Made by a program: the position numbers and the translations under genes. This document shows, piece after piece, positions 1-9,572 of a stretch of DNA of 64,000 nt; position 1 is the first letter of the stretch; the number at the start of each line of letters is the position of its first letter. The notes under the pieces were generated by a model that had not been told where the DNA came from, made no database searches, and saw only the letters and a program-made list of their open reading frames with translations. Source of the stretch: an uncultured delta proteobacterium (GTDB taxonomy: Bacteria > Myxococcota_A > Polyangia > Polyangiales > Polyangiaceae); the NCBI GenBank assembly GCA_963806225.1, contig CAWDXG010000003.1, positions 128,001 through 192,000 of the forward strand. The letters are read 5' to 3'.

Positions 1-680
1 GCGTCGCGCGGTACGAGGTAGATATGGCCCGCGCAGCGCTCGCACAGGCGAGTGGAACGCGCGCGGGGCACCACCCTGCCGGCGAGAAATGGCAGATCCG
101 CTCTCCGGTCCGCGGCGTGGTGCTGCGCGTGCTGCAACAGAGCGCAGGCGTGGTGAACGCCGGGACCCCGCTGCTCGAGCTGGCCGATCCAGCCGCCCTG
201 GAAGTCGTGGTGGACGTGCTGTCCACGGACGCGGTGACGATCCCGCCGGGAGCCCCCGTGCGCATCGAGCGTTGGGGCGGCCCCCGGCCGCTGGTAGGCC
301 GCGTGCGCCTGGTCGAGCCCTCCGCGACCACCAAGCTGTCCGCGCTGGGAGTCGAGGAGCAGCGCGTGAACACCATCGTCGACCTGCTCTCGCCACACGA
401 CCAGTGGAAGGCGCTGGGCGACGGCTTCAGGGTGGAGGTCCGGATCACGACGTTCGAGAAGGACGGGGTCGTCAAGATGCCGGCTAGCGCGCTCTTCCGC
501 GACGGCGGCGACTGGGCCGCCTACGTGGTGGATGGCGAACACGCCAGAAAGAGAATGGTCCGCGTGAGCCGCCGCAGCGGCACGGAAACGATGGTGTCGT
601 CCGGCGTCCGCCCCGGCGATCGCGTGATCGTCTACCCGGGCGACGCCGTGAAGGACGGCACACGCATCACGCTGCGCTGA
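1..680 (+). CDS. HlyD/RND-type efflux periplasmic adaptor subunit (5' partial)
   Basis: IRSPVRGVVLRV lipoyl-like half, beta-barrel LEVVVDVLSTDAV, and C-terminal VPxSALF...GVRPGDRVIV membrane-proximal motif. The frame runs off the left edge. Confidence 0.85.
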   Translation, partial: VARYEVDMARAALAQASGTRAGHHPAGEKWQIRSPVRGVVLRVLQQSAGVVNAGTPLLELADPAALEVVVDVLSTDAVTIPPGAPVRIERWGGPRPLVGRVRLVEPSATTKLSALGVEEQRVNTIVDLLSPHDQWKALGDGFRVEVRITTFEKDGVVKMPASALFRDGGDWAAYVVDGEHARKRMVRVSRRSGTETMVSSGVRPGDRVIVYPGDAVKDGTRITLR

Positions 681-727
681 GCCGCCGGGGATGGCGCCAG
701 GCGGGCTCCGCGGGTACACCACGGCGC

Positions 728-1663
728 TTGGCCCGACAGCGCCCCGACTTTCCGGATCTCGTACAGCGGCATCCGCCGGACGCCCTCCCCTGCCCGCTCG
801 ACCGCGCGCTGCGCGGGATGTACGCGGGAGCGAGCTGGAACGACGTGCGGCGCCTGGTCCGTACCGGAAAAGTCCAGCTCCGCGGCGCCACGCAGACGGA
901 TCCGGCAGCGCGGGTCGAACCGGGCGACGAGATCGAAGTGCGGATGAGGACGCCGCGACGCGACGCTCTGCCGCGCGAAGCACTGGTCTACGTCGACGCA
1001 GAGGTCGTGGTCGCGGACAAGCCAGCCGGAATCAGCACGGTCCCGTTCGACGCGAAGGAACAGGGCACGCTCGACCAGCAGGTGCGCCTCGCGCTCGCCC
1101 GCCGCGAGAAGCGCTCCGGCCCGCCGCTGGGTGTGGTCCATCGCATCGACCGTCCAACCAGCGGCCTGGTCGTATTCGCGCGCACCCTGCGCGCCAAACG
1201 TCACCTCGAACAACAGTTCCGCGCCCATAGCATCCACCGCCGCTACCTCGCCCTGTGCCATGGCGCCGTGGAGGGCGGCACGCTGAACAGCCGGCTGGTT
1301 GCCGATCGCGGGGACGGGCTGCGCGGCTCGACGGGCAATCCGCGGCTGGGTCGGTTGGCCACGACCCACGTCCGGGTGCTGGAGCCGCTCCCGGGCGCCA
1401 CGCTGGTCGAATGCCGGCTGGAGACTGGCCGTACCCACCAGATCCGCATCCAGCTTTCCGAAACCGGGCACCCGTTGCTCGGTGAGCGCGTGTACGTGCG
1501 CGGCTACGCCGGAGCGCTGCTCGATGCGCCCCGCCTGATGCTGCACGCGGCCGAGCTCGGCTTCGTGCACCCTTCCCGCGGGAAACAGCTTTGCTTCGAG
1601 TCAGCGTTGCCGGGCGACATGGTAGGCATTCTCGAGTCGCTCCGCGGCCGGAAGCCGGACTAG
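728..1663 (+). CDS. RluA/RluD-family pseudouridine synthase with S4 domain
   Basis: Motifs DKPAG, VHRIDRPTSG (catalytic Asp), TGRTHQIR and LMLHA. Start codon uncertain. Confidence 0.93.
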   Translation: MARQRPDFPDLVQRHPPDALPCPLDRALRGMYAGASWNDVRRLVRTGKVQLRGATQTDPAARVEPGDEIEVRMRTPRRDALPREALVYVDAEVVVADKPAGISTVPFDAKEQGTLDQQVRLALARREKRSGPPLGVVHRIDRPTSGLVVFARTLRAKRHLEQQFRAHSIHRRYLALCHGAVEGGTLNSRLVADRGDGLRGSTGNPRLGRLATTHVRVLEPLPGATLVECRLETGRTHQIRIQLSETGHPLLGERVYVRGYAGALLDAPRLMLHAAELGFVHPSRGKQLCFESALPGDMVGILESLRGRKPD

Positions 1664-2373
1664 TCGGCGCCGAGGTGTTCGCCGAACCAGGCCAGCAAGC
1701 GTTTCCAGCTGTCCTCGGCCGCCTCGGCGTTGTAGCCGACACGCATCGGTCCGCGTTCGGCGATGCCGTCGATGCGGCTCGGCTCGTGCTCGTTCATGTA
1801 GCTGTGGCCGACCCCGTCGTAGAGCCTCACGTCGTGGCGGACGCCCAGCGACTCCAGGTGGCGCCCGAGACGGCGCCCCTGGGGAGCGAAGACGCGGTCT
1901 TCGGCGCCGTAGCCGCCCACCACGGGACAGATTCCGTCGAGCGCCCGCGCACGCCGTGGCACGGCGCCGTAGAAGGGAGCCGCGATCCTGAAGTCGCCCG
2001 TGCGGGCCAGGAGCAGTGCAAACCCGCCGCCCATGCAGAATCCGGCGACGCCCAGACGATCCGCTCGAACCTCCGGACGCGACGCGAGATAGCTCCGCGC
2101 GGCTTCCAGATCCTTCAGCGCCGGGCCGCCACCCAGCTGCATGGAGAGCACCGCCCGCGCCACGCACAGGGCGCGCGGCCCGGCCGAGTACAGGTCGGGT
2201 GCCAACGCAACGTATCCCGCGGAAGCGAAGCGGCACGCAATGCGCCGGATATCATTGTTTAGCCCGTGGATCTCGTGAAGGACCAGAACGCCTGGCCGCG
2301 CTCCCGCCGCATCCTCCGGCAGCGCGAGGAAGGCGTCGCGCGTGGCATCGCCGACGCTGAATTCGATCTCCAT
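1660..2373 (-). CDS. Dienelactone hydrolase family protein
   Basis: HEIHGL, GFCMGG nucleophile elbow, GHSYMN. Confidence 0.92.
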   Translation of the reverse strand: MEIEFSVGDATRDAFLALPEDAAGARPGVLVLHEIHGLNNDIRRIACRFASAGYVALAPDLYSAGPRALCVARAVLSMQLGGGPALKDLEAARSYLASRPEVRADRLGVAGFCMGGGFALLLARTGDFRIAAPFYGAVPRRARALDGICPVVGGYGAEDRVFAPQGRRLGRHLESLGVRHDVRLYDGVGHSYMNEHEPSRIDGIAERGPMRVGYNAEAAEDSWKRLLAWFGEHLGAD

Positions 2374-2581
2374 GCGTCCTCCGTATCAGCTATTCAGCGT
2401 GTGACTAGAGTCCAGTGACTCGTTATGAAAAGTCCTCAAACATGGACTTTCGAGCCGGCCGGAAGGTGACGCTCCCGACTTGTGCGCCGGCTAGGGCTCG
2501 GCTATCGTCGAGAGCGATTGGGGGACAGTCCTCGCTCCGCGGTGCCGCCGCCCGGCGGCGCGGCGCCTTTCCGGCGCGACT

Positions 2582-2609
2582 GCCGCCCGGACAGGAGGGT
2601 CCGGGCGGC
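2582..2609 (-). terminator. GC-rich hairpin just downstream of tRNA-Gly
   Basis: GCCGCCCGGAC-AGGAGG-GTCCGGGCGGC forms a perfect 11-bp stem about 10 nt 3' of the tRNA. No U-tract. Confidence 0.45.
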
Positions 2610-2619
2610 CGTTCGTCGG

Positions 2620-2692
2620 AGCGGGACACGAGATTCGAACTCGCGACCCCAAGCTTGGGAAGCTTGTGCTCTACCAACTGAGCTAGTCCCGC
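2620..2692 (-). tRNA. tRNA-Gly (CCC)
   Basis: Reverse complement GCGGGACTAGCTCAGTTGGTAGAGCACAAGCTTCCCAAGCTTGGGGTCGCGAGTTCGAATCTCGTGTCCCGCT folds as a cloverleaf with anticodon CCC. Followed by CCG, so CCA is not fully encoded. Confidence 0.96.
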
Positions 2693-2837
2693 ATCGGTCG
2701 GCGGAGCATAGCGCCGGACCCGGAGCTCGGAAAGGCCTCTGCGAGAGGTCGCGCTCCAGCTTGACCGTGGCGCCCGGCAACAGTAATCACCTCGATGCCG
2801 GCCGCGGAGACGGCCCTGCAGCGCCCCGGAGGCCCCC

Positions 2838-3119
2838 GTGAAAAAGGCAACAGTTCTTTCCGTTTGCGAGTGCCAGGCGCGCCTCGGCGCAGAGCTCGAC
2901 GAGAGCCGCTACGTGATCCGCGGCTGGGCACGTGACCCACGCCGCAGGCAGGAGCGCCCGGCCCCGGCCCACGCGATCGACAGCAGCAAGCCGCAGTTCG
3001 AGATCGCATGGTTCTGCCCGTTCTGCGTCCGCAACACGACCCGCGTATTCGACGCGGACGGGCTCGGCTGGCGGGAAGCGCCCGAAGAACCCGGCAAAGG
3101 CACCGCCCAGGCAAGCTAG
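2838..3119 (+). CDS. Small hypothetical protein with CxC and CPFC motifs (putative Zn ribbon)
   Basis: GGAGG RBS before GTG, GC3-biased codons, CECQ...FCPFC. Confidence 0.7.
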   Translation: MKKATVLSVCECQARLGAELDESRYVIRGWARDPRRRQERPAPAHAIDSSKPQFEIAWFCPFCVRNTTRVFDADGLGWREAPEEPGKGTAQAS

Positions 3120-3302
3120 GGGCGGAGCTTCCGGATATTTTCCGCGGCCGGGCCCTTCACTAGCCCGGAACGCGGCCGTCCATCCCACTCGGGAACGGCA
3201 CCGCAGACGCGAGCCTACCGGGCCCGAAAGAATTTCAAGCCGTATTTGCGCTGGGTTGCGCTCGAAAAGGCCCAGCGTGCGAAGGCAGGACTACATTTTC
3301 TG

Positions 3303-3911
3303 ATGATTCCTGCGGTAACCACGAAATCTGTGATCTCCGCATACCTCACGTCCCACGCCGTCGCGAAGCTGGTGCGGGTCAGCCCTTCCACGGTGCTGTC
3401 CTGGATCGACAAGGGCCTGTTGCCGGCACACCGCACACCCGGAGGGCACCGGCGCGTCGAACCGGCCGCGCTGGTGCGCTTCCTGCGCGAGCACGACATG
3501 CCGATCCCGCGCGATCTGTCCAACGTGTCACGCCTGCTCGTGATCGACGACGAGGCGCCCTTCTTGAGCACCGCGCGTCGTTTCTTCAAACGCTACGCCC
3601 CTGCACTGAAAGTCGAGACCGCCGATGGCGCGATCGACGGTCTGCTGAAAGTGGGCACATTCCGTCCCGACGCCGTCCTGCTCGACGCCTTCATGCCAGG
3701 CATGGACGGCGTCGAAGTGTGCCGCAGGCTCCGGGCATCGGGCGCGACCGCGCACATCCGCGTGGTCGCGATCACCGCTCACGTTTCCCCGGAGCTCGAG
3801 ACAGCCTTCCGGAAGGCGGGAGCCGTCGCCTGCCTTTCGAAGCCGCTAGACCCGACGGGCCTGCTAGCCGCTCTCGGCCTCGAAGGAGCGCACGAGGAGA
3901 TCCACACATGA
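3303..3911 (+). CDS. Response regulator: N-terminal Xis/MerR-like (HTH_17) DNA-binding domain plus REC
   Basis: YLTSHAVAKLVRVSPSTVLSWIDKGLLPAHRTPGGHRR, then REC motifs VIDDE, LLDAFMPGMDG and LSKP. The stop overlaps the next ATG (ATGA). Confidence 0.9.
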   Translation: MIPAVTTKSVISAYLTSHAVAKLVRVSPSTVLSWIDKGLLPAHRTPGGHRRVEPAALVRFLREHDMPIPRDLSNVSRLLVIDDEAPFLSTARRFFKRYAPALKVETADGAIDGLLKVGTFRPDAVLLDAFMPGMDGVEVCRRLRASGATAHIRVVAITAHVSPELETAFRKAGAVACLSKPLDPTGLLAALGLEGAHEEIHT

Positions 3912-5405
3912 AAACCCAACCTCTCGCCGACGACCCGCCCGGGTCGACTCCCAGCTCCGACTCACGACTGCGGGCGCGACGGCTCCGGGCCCGACGCATC
4001 AAGGTCGAGGAACTGAACCTCGGAACGGTCGCCGCGTCGGGGCGCCACGCCACGCTCGGCGACGTGGCCGGCGTCGTGGAGGACCTCTCGCTTTCCGGCA
4101 TGGCGATCGTGGTGCCCGGGGCGGCAGCGACCGCTGGCCTCGTCTTCATCGGCGACCGGCTCGAGCGACTCGGCGTGACCTGCGACGAGGGCCCGTTCTA
4201 CGAGGGCGACGCCTCGGTGCGCCGGGTCACCGAGCGCGACAGCGACCTCGTGCTCGGCATCGAGCTCGAGTCACGGGGTATCGATCCTCGGCGAGCTGTA
4301 CCGGCGCGGCACCCGCCACGGCTTCGCCGAACGGCTGCACGCGGTCATCGAGAGCTCGCACACGTCGAACATCTCCAACGAGTTCAAGGTGTGGGTCGCC
4401 GATCTACGCACATACCTCGAGACAACCCGGGACTTCCTCGACTCGGAGGAGCGAGCCCTGGAGAGCCTCGACCGCTTCAGCCGCGACCAGGCGCTTTCGG
4501 CCTACCTCGACGAGATCGCTCCACAGGTCGTGGAACGGATGAACCAGGCCTCGCACGAGCTCGGCCAGCTGGTTTCGGGATTGCCCGAGGCTCATCATCC
4601 ACAGCACCGCGCCTATTTCCGTGGCCACGTGCTGCCGCTGCTCGCGCATTCGCCGCTGCTCCGGCGCGCCTACGAAAAGCCGCTCGGCTACGCCGGCGAC
4701 TACGAGATGATGAACATGCTCTACCGCGAGCACGCCGAGGGCGACTCGCTCTTCGGACGGGCGCTGAACGTCTACGGCGCCCAGGAGCCCGCCGCGCAGG
4801 CCAACATCAACCGGCTGGACTATCTGGGCGACAAGATACGCACCCAGGTCGAGGCGGCCCGCGGCGCGCGGGTGCGCCTCGCCAGCATCGGATGCGGCCC
4901 CGCGCGCGAGCTGTCACTGCTGCTCGAGCGCTCTCCCGAGCTCGGACCAATGCTCGACGTTGCGCTCATCGACCAGGAGGAACGCGTCATCACCTACTGC
5001 GAGCGCACGCTGGGCCCGCTGGCTGCCAGGACCGGGGCGCGAGTGCAGTTCATCCGCGAATCCATCCGCCGCCTGTTGACAACCCGGCAACTTTCGTCCG
5101 CGCTCGGCCAGCGCGACTTCGTGTATAGCGCCGGCCTGTTCGACTACCTGAACCAACGCAGCTTCTCGGCGCTACTCGGCGCGCTGTATGGAACCCTGGT
5201 GCCGGGCGGCCAGCTGGCGATCGGGAACGTCGCCGCCAACAATCCGACGCGTTGGTTCATGGAGTACTGCCTGGACTGGTTCTTGATCCATCGCTCGCCA
5301 GAGGATCTGCTGGCTTTCGCGGATCGGCTCGAGCCTGCGCCGACGCAGATGGAAGTTGACGCGGAACCCCTGGGCGTCAACCTGTTCCTGCGCGTCTGGA
5401 AATGA
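3908..5405 (+). CDS. PilZ-like domain plus class I SAM-dependent methyltransferase (PhcB-like); one +1 frameshift near 4286
   Basis: N-part has an Arg-rich RxxxR and DLSLSG. C-part has KPLGYAGDYEMM, SIGCGPARE, LIDQE and YSAGLFDYL. Removing one base from GATCCTC (4283-4289) joins the frames (RGIDLGELYRRG...FKVWVADLR) into 498 aa. Confidence 0.85.
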
Positions 5406-7936
5406 CTGGTTTCGCGGACGAGAGCACCAGCTTCGAGCAGCACCTGGCCCAGGTGAACCTGTCCGGAGCACGCCTCGGCTATCTGCTCTCCGCGATACTC
5501 ATGCCCGCCGGCTTCACGCTGGACTGGGCGATGGCGCCGCACCGGATGGTGCAGTTCCTCTGGTTCCGCGTAGCGGCGAGCCTCGTCGCGCTGGCACTTC
5601 TGGCCGTGTCGTATCTGCCCTGGGCGGAACAGCATCCGGTGTTGCTCGGAGCCGGTCCGCCCCTGGTGTGCGCCGGCGGGATCGAGGCGATGATCCTCGC
5701 GCTGGGCGGCGTGGCATCGCCCTACTACGCGGGATTGAACCTCTGCATCCTGGCCGTCGGCGTGCTGTACACCTGGCACTGGCGGCACGCGATCGCGGTC
5801 ACCGGCATCATCGTGTTGATGTGGCTCTTGCCCGGCGCATTCGAAGCCGTCCAGGGGACGCTGTCGTTCCGACCATTCTTCAACAACGTCTACTTCATCC
5901 TGCTGACCAGCGTGATCTCCGTTTCGTCGACGGTCGTCCGCTACCGCGCCGCCCGGCGCGAGCATGAAGCGCGCACCAGCCTGGCCCGCACCTCGAACGA
6001 GCTGGAGGCCACGCTCGAACGCCTGCGCGAGCTTGACCGGATGAAGAACGAATTCTTCGCCAACGTTTCGCACGAGCTGCGCACCCCGCTGACGCTGATC
6101 CTGGCTCCTGTGGAAGAGCTTCTGGCCCGCGCCCGGGACAGGCCCGATGCCCGGGAGCTCGCGGTCATCCACCGCAACGCCCAGCGCCTGCTGCGCCTGA
6201 TCGACGACCTGCTCGATCTGGCGCGTCTCGACGTCGGAGGCCTCAGGCTGACCATCACTGAAGTCGATCTCTCGGAGCTTGCGCGCCGCGTGGTCGACGG
6301 CGTCCGTCCGGCGGCCGACGCCCGCGGCGTGGACATCCGCCTACAGGCGCCCGAGACCACCGAAGACCTCTTCGGCGATCCCCACCGGCTCGAAATCGTA
6401 CTGACCAACCTGGTGGGGAACGCATTCAAGTTCGTGCCGGATGGCGGTCACATCCAGATCGGGGTGGAACAGCTCGACAACGCGGTCAGCATCGAGGTCC
6501 GCGACGACGGCCCTGGCATCCCACCCGCCATGCAGGAACGCATCTTCGAACGTTTCTACCAGATCGAGGGATCGGAGCGCCGTCGCCATGGCGGCGCAGG
6601 GATCGGGCTGGCCCTGGCCCGCGAGCTCGTTGCCCTGCACGACGGCAAGCTCGGCGTGACGAGCCAGCCGGACGAGGGCTCGACGTTCCGGATGACACTG
6701 CCGACCGGGCGCGCCCATTTCCGCCAGGAAGTCATCGAGCGCCGCCGGGTGCAGGTCGATGAGCATCCGAGCCGACGGATAGTCGATCCGTCTCCGCATC
6801 AACCGCCAGAACCGGGTGCCAGCGAGGCCGTGCCACAGACCGATGACGACGAGGCGATCATCCGGCTCGACGGTGGGCGCCGTCCCCGCGTACTGGTCGC
6901 CGAGGACGAGGACGACCTGCGCGAATTCATCTGTGCGGCGCTGGCGAAGCAGTTCGACGTGAGCCAGGCCCGTGACGGCCGGGAAGCGCTCGAAATCGCC
7001 AAAGCGGAACGACCCGACCTGGTACTCACCGACGTGATGATGCCGAACGTGAGCGGGGCGGACCTGTGCCGCGCGATCAAGTCCGAGCCGCAACTCCGGA
7101 CGACGCCCGTCGTCATGCTCACCGCGCGCTCCGGCTCCGACGCAGCGCTCGACGGCTACAACGCGGGAGCGGATGACTTCGTGACGAAGCCGTTCCACAA
7201 CCGCGTGCTCATCGCGCGCCTGCGCGCCCAGCTGAAGTTGAGAGCACTGGGACTACAGCTCGCCGACCAGGCCCGGCTCGCGACAGCGGGCACGCTCGCG
7301 GCCGGCATCGCCCACGAGGTCAAGAACCCGGTCAATGCGGTGCTGAATGCCGCGCGCGTGCTGAAGAATCCCGGTCAAGGCAAGGTCGCCCCCGAGCGAC
7401 TGCTGTCGGTCATCGAGGACGCCGCCGACCGGATCCTCGGCATCGTCTCGGCACTCGAGCAGCACGTCCGCCCGGCCGAGGGCGCCGGATCCATGGCCTG
7501 CGACGTTCGCGTCGGCCTGGACTCGACGCTGCGGCTTCTCGCCCACCGGATGGGCAACATCGAGGTCGAGCGCACCTACGCCACCGAACGGCTGGTCATG
7601 GCCCCAGCCCGCGAGTTGAACCAGGTGTTCCTGAACCTGCTCGACAACGCGGTCCGCGTCGAGCCCGCGCACATCTGGGTTCGTGTGGAAAGCACCCCCA
7701 ACGGCGTGCACATCGAGATCGCGGACGACGGTCCCGGCGTTCCGCCGGATGTCGCGTCCCTGATTTTCCAGCCGTTTTTCACCACGCGCGAGGTCGGCGA
7801 AGGCACCGGGCTCGGGCTTTACCTTTCCCGGCGGATCATAGACGATTGCGGTGGAGAGCTTGGCTACCGGCCACGGGAGGGTGGCGGTTCCGAGTTCATA
7901 GTGGAATTGCCGACAACGGAGGCCCAGGCCGCATGA
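5402..7936 (+). CDS. Membrane-bound hybrid sensor kinase: multi-TM sensor, HisKA/HATPase, REC, second HisKA/HATPase
   Basis: About 5-6 hydrophobic helices, H-boxes SHELRTP and AHEVKNP, G-boxes DDGPG/GAGIGL and DDGPG/GTGLGL, REC LTDVMMP...TKP. Confidence 0.93.
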   Translation: MTGFADESTSFEQHLAQVNLSGARLGYLLSAILMPAGFTLDWAMAPHRMVQFLWFRVAASLVALALLAVSYLPWAEQHPVLLGAGPPLVCAGGIEAMILALGGVASPYYAGLNLCILAVGVLYTWHWRHAIAVTGIIVLMWLLPGAFEAVQGTLSFRPFFNNVYFILLTSVISVSSTVVRYRAARREHEARTSLARTSNELEATLERLRELDRMKNEFFANVSHELRTPLTLILAPVEELLARARDRPDARELAVIHRNAQRLLRLIDDLLDLARLDVGGLRLTITEVDLSELARRVVDGVRPAADARGVDIRLQAPETTEDLFGDPHRLEIVLTNLVGNAFKFVPDGGHIQIGVEQLDNAVSIEVRDDGPGIPPAMQERIFERFYQIEGSERRRHGGAGIGLALARELVALHDGKLGVTSQPDEGSTFRMTLPTGRAHFRQEVIERRRVQVDEHPSRRIVDPSPHQPPEPGASEAVPQTDDDEAIIRLDGGRRPRVLVAEDEDDLREFICAALAKQFDVSQARDGREALEIAKAERPDLVLTDVMMPNVSGADLCRAIKSEPQLRTTPVVMLTARSGSDAALDGYNAGADDFVTKPFHNRVLIARLRAQLKLRALGLQLADQARLATAGTLAAGIAHEVKNPVNAVLNAARVLKNPGQGKVAPERLLSVIEDAADRILGIVSALEQHVRPAEGAGSMACDVRVGLDSTLRLLAHRMGNIEVERTYATERLVMAPARELNQVFLNLLDNAVRVEPAHIWVRVESTPNGVHIEIADDGPGVPPDVASLIFQPFFTTREVGEGTGLGLYLSRRIIDDCGGELGYRPREGGGSEFIVELPTTEAQAA

Positions 7937-7961
7937 CCCAACATCCCAGAAACGCCGCGCG

Positions 7962-9086
7962 ATGACCGCTAGCGTGCTGTTCGTGGACGACGACGAGGGG
8001 AACCTGGTCGTCTGCTCGGCCGCGACGGGCGACGAATTCGACGTGCTGACCGCGCCGGGTGCGAACGCGGCCCTCGAGCTCATGCAGCACCACGAGGTCG
8101 GGGTGCTCGTCGCTGATCAGCGCATGCCGGGCACGACCGGCGTCGAGCTTCTGGAACGCGTGCGGGAAGAGTATCCGGACACCATCCGCATTCTCATCAC
8201 CGCCTACTCCGACCTGCCGGCGGCGATCGACGCCATCAATCGGGGGCAGGTGCGCCGCTATCTCAGAAAGCCCTGGGAGCCAGACGAGCTCAAGGCCGAG
8301 CTCCGCGACGCCCTGGACGTGTACAGCATGACCCGCCGCCTGGCCCAGATGGAACAGCATCTGCGCGAAACCGAGCGCATCTACTCGCTGGGCGTCGTCG
8401 CAGCGGGCATCGCGCACGAGCTGCGCAACCCCGTGGGCTGGATCAGCAACAACCTGAACCTGGCGCAGGGCGAGATCGAGGACATGCGCGCGGCGCTGGC
8501 AGGGGGCCAGGTCGATGTCCGCGCTTTCCGGCAGAAGCTCGACGAGGTCCGCGAAGGCCTGGATGACGCCGTCAGCGGGGTGAAGCGCATCGTCGACATC
8601 GTCCGGGGCATCGAGATGCCGATCCGTCCCACCGACAGCGAGATCGTGGACCTCGGCGAGGTCCTGCGCCTGACCATCCGCATCGTCCACGGCGAGCTGA
8701 AACAACGCGCACGTCTCGAGCTACAGATCGGGGAATCGACCAAGGTCCGTGGCTCCAGCACGAAGTTGAGCCAGGTCGTGCTCAATCTGCTGGTCAACGC
8801 CGTCCAGGCCCTGTCGCATCGCCCGCGCGACGAGAACCTGATCTCCGTTTCGCTCTACCGCGCCGGACCCTGGGCGCGGATCGACATTGCCGACAACGGC
8901 GAGGGCCTGGTCGCAGAAGACATCGACCGCATCTTCAATCCATTCTTCACCACCAAGCAGACCGGGGGCAGCGGCCTCGGCCTCGCCATATCCAGGACGA
9001 TTGCCGTGGAGCTCGGCGGAACTATCGAGGCCTCGAATCTGGAAGACGGCGGCGCGCTGTTCCGCTTCTCCGTACCCGCGCTCTGA
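7962..9086 (+). CDS. REC-histidine kinase hybrid (PhcR-like architecture)
   Basis: REC VDDDE/VADQRMP/RKP, H-box AHELRNP, DNGEG...FFTTK...GSGLGL. Confidence 0.92.
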   Translation: MTASVLFVDDDEGNLVVCSAATGDEFDVLTAPGANAALELMQHHEVGVLVADQRMPGTTGVELLERVREEYPDTIRILITAYSDLPAAIDAINRGQVRRYLRKPWEPDELKAELRDALDVYSMTRRLAQMEQHLRETERIYSLGVVAAGIAHELRNPVGWISNNLNLAQGEIEDMRAALAGGQVDVRAFRQKLDEVREGLDDAVSGVKRIVDIVRGIEMPIRPTDSEIVDLGEVLRLTIRIVHGELKQRARLELQIGESTKVRGSSTKLSQVVLNLLVNAVQALSHRPRDENLISVSLYRAGPWARIDIADNGEGLVAEDIDRIFNPFFTTKQTGGSGLGLAISRTIAVELGGTIEASNLEDGGALFRFSVPAL

Positions 9087-9131
9087 TGCTGCCGGGCGGC
9101 CGGGGACGCCCGCACCGAGCGACCCGCAGGA

Positions 9132-9470
9132 CTATGCCGCGTGCAGATGCTCGACGCCTTCGCCGTGGCGCACCTGCTCGAGCAACAGGCTCGTGACGCG
9201 CGTGCGCTCCGTGTCGCGCGCCCGCTGCCTGAGCCACATGGCCTGCCGGAGCGCCTGCACCGCTTCATCCCTGCGACCGGCGCGCAGACATTGCGCGGCA
9301 TAGAGCGTCCAGAGGCGCGCGTCGTCACCCTGCACACATGCGGCTTCGCGCAGCGCGAGCATCGCGCGTCGATGCTGACCCCGACGCCGCGCCCGGCGCG
9401 CCCGCGCCAGAAGACGCTCCTCCTGGGTTTGGCCCAGTAGTGTCGCGGGAGTTGTGTGCTTGCGGCGCAT
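9132..9470 (-). CDS. Small basic TPR-like protein
   Basis: Helical A/L pattern (DARLWTLYAAQCLRAGRRDEAVQALRQA). ATG at 9470 preferred over the ORF-track start at 9512. Confidence 0.6.
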   Translation of the reverse strand: MRRKHTTPATLLGQTQEERLLARARRARRRGQHRRAMLALREAACVQGDDARLWTLYAAQCLRAGRRDEAVQALRQAMWLRQRARDTERTRVTSLLLEQVRHGEGVEHLHAA

Positions 9471-9572
9471 GGTGACGACCTGTCGGTCCAGATGGCGGTC
9501 GGTTGCTGCCAACCTTCATTGATCTCGACGACGTGGCTCCGGCAAAGTTCCTGACGTCTGCATGGAAATCGA

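Noticed and set aside
2415..2841. Short ORFs overlapping tRNA-Gly
   Set aside because: They span the tRNA and its hairpin and have no coding features.
2373..3911. Integrative element at tRNA-Gly, suggested by the excisionase-like HTH nearby
   Set aside because: The HTH is fused to a REC domain (a common regulator). There is no integrase and no duplicated tRNA 3' end, and the gene lies on the 5' side of the tRNA.
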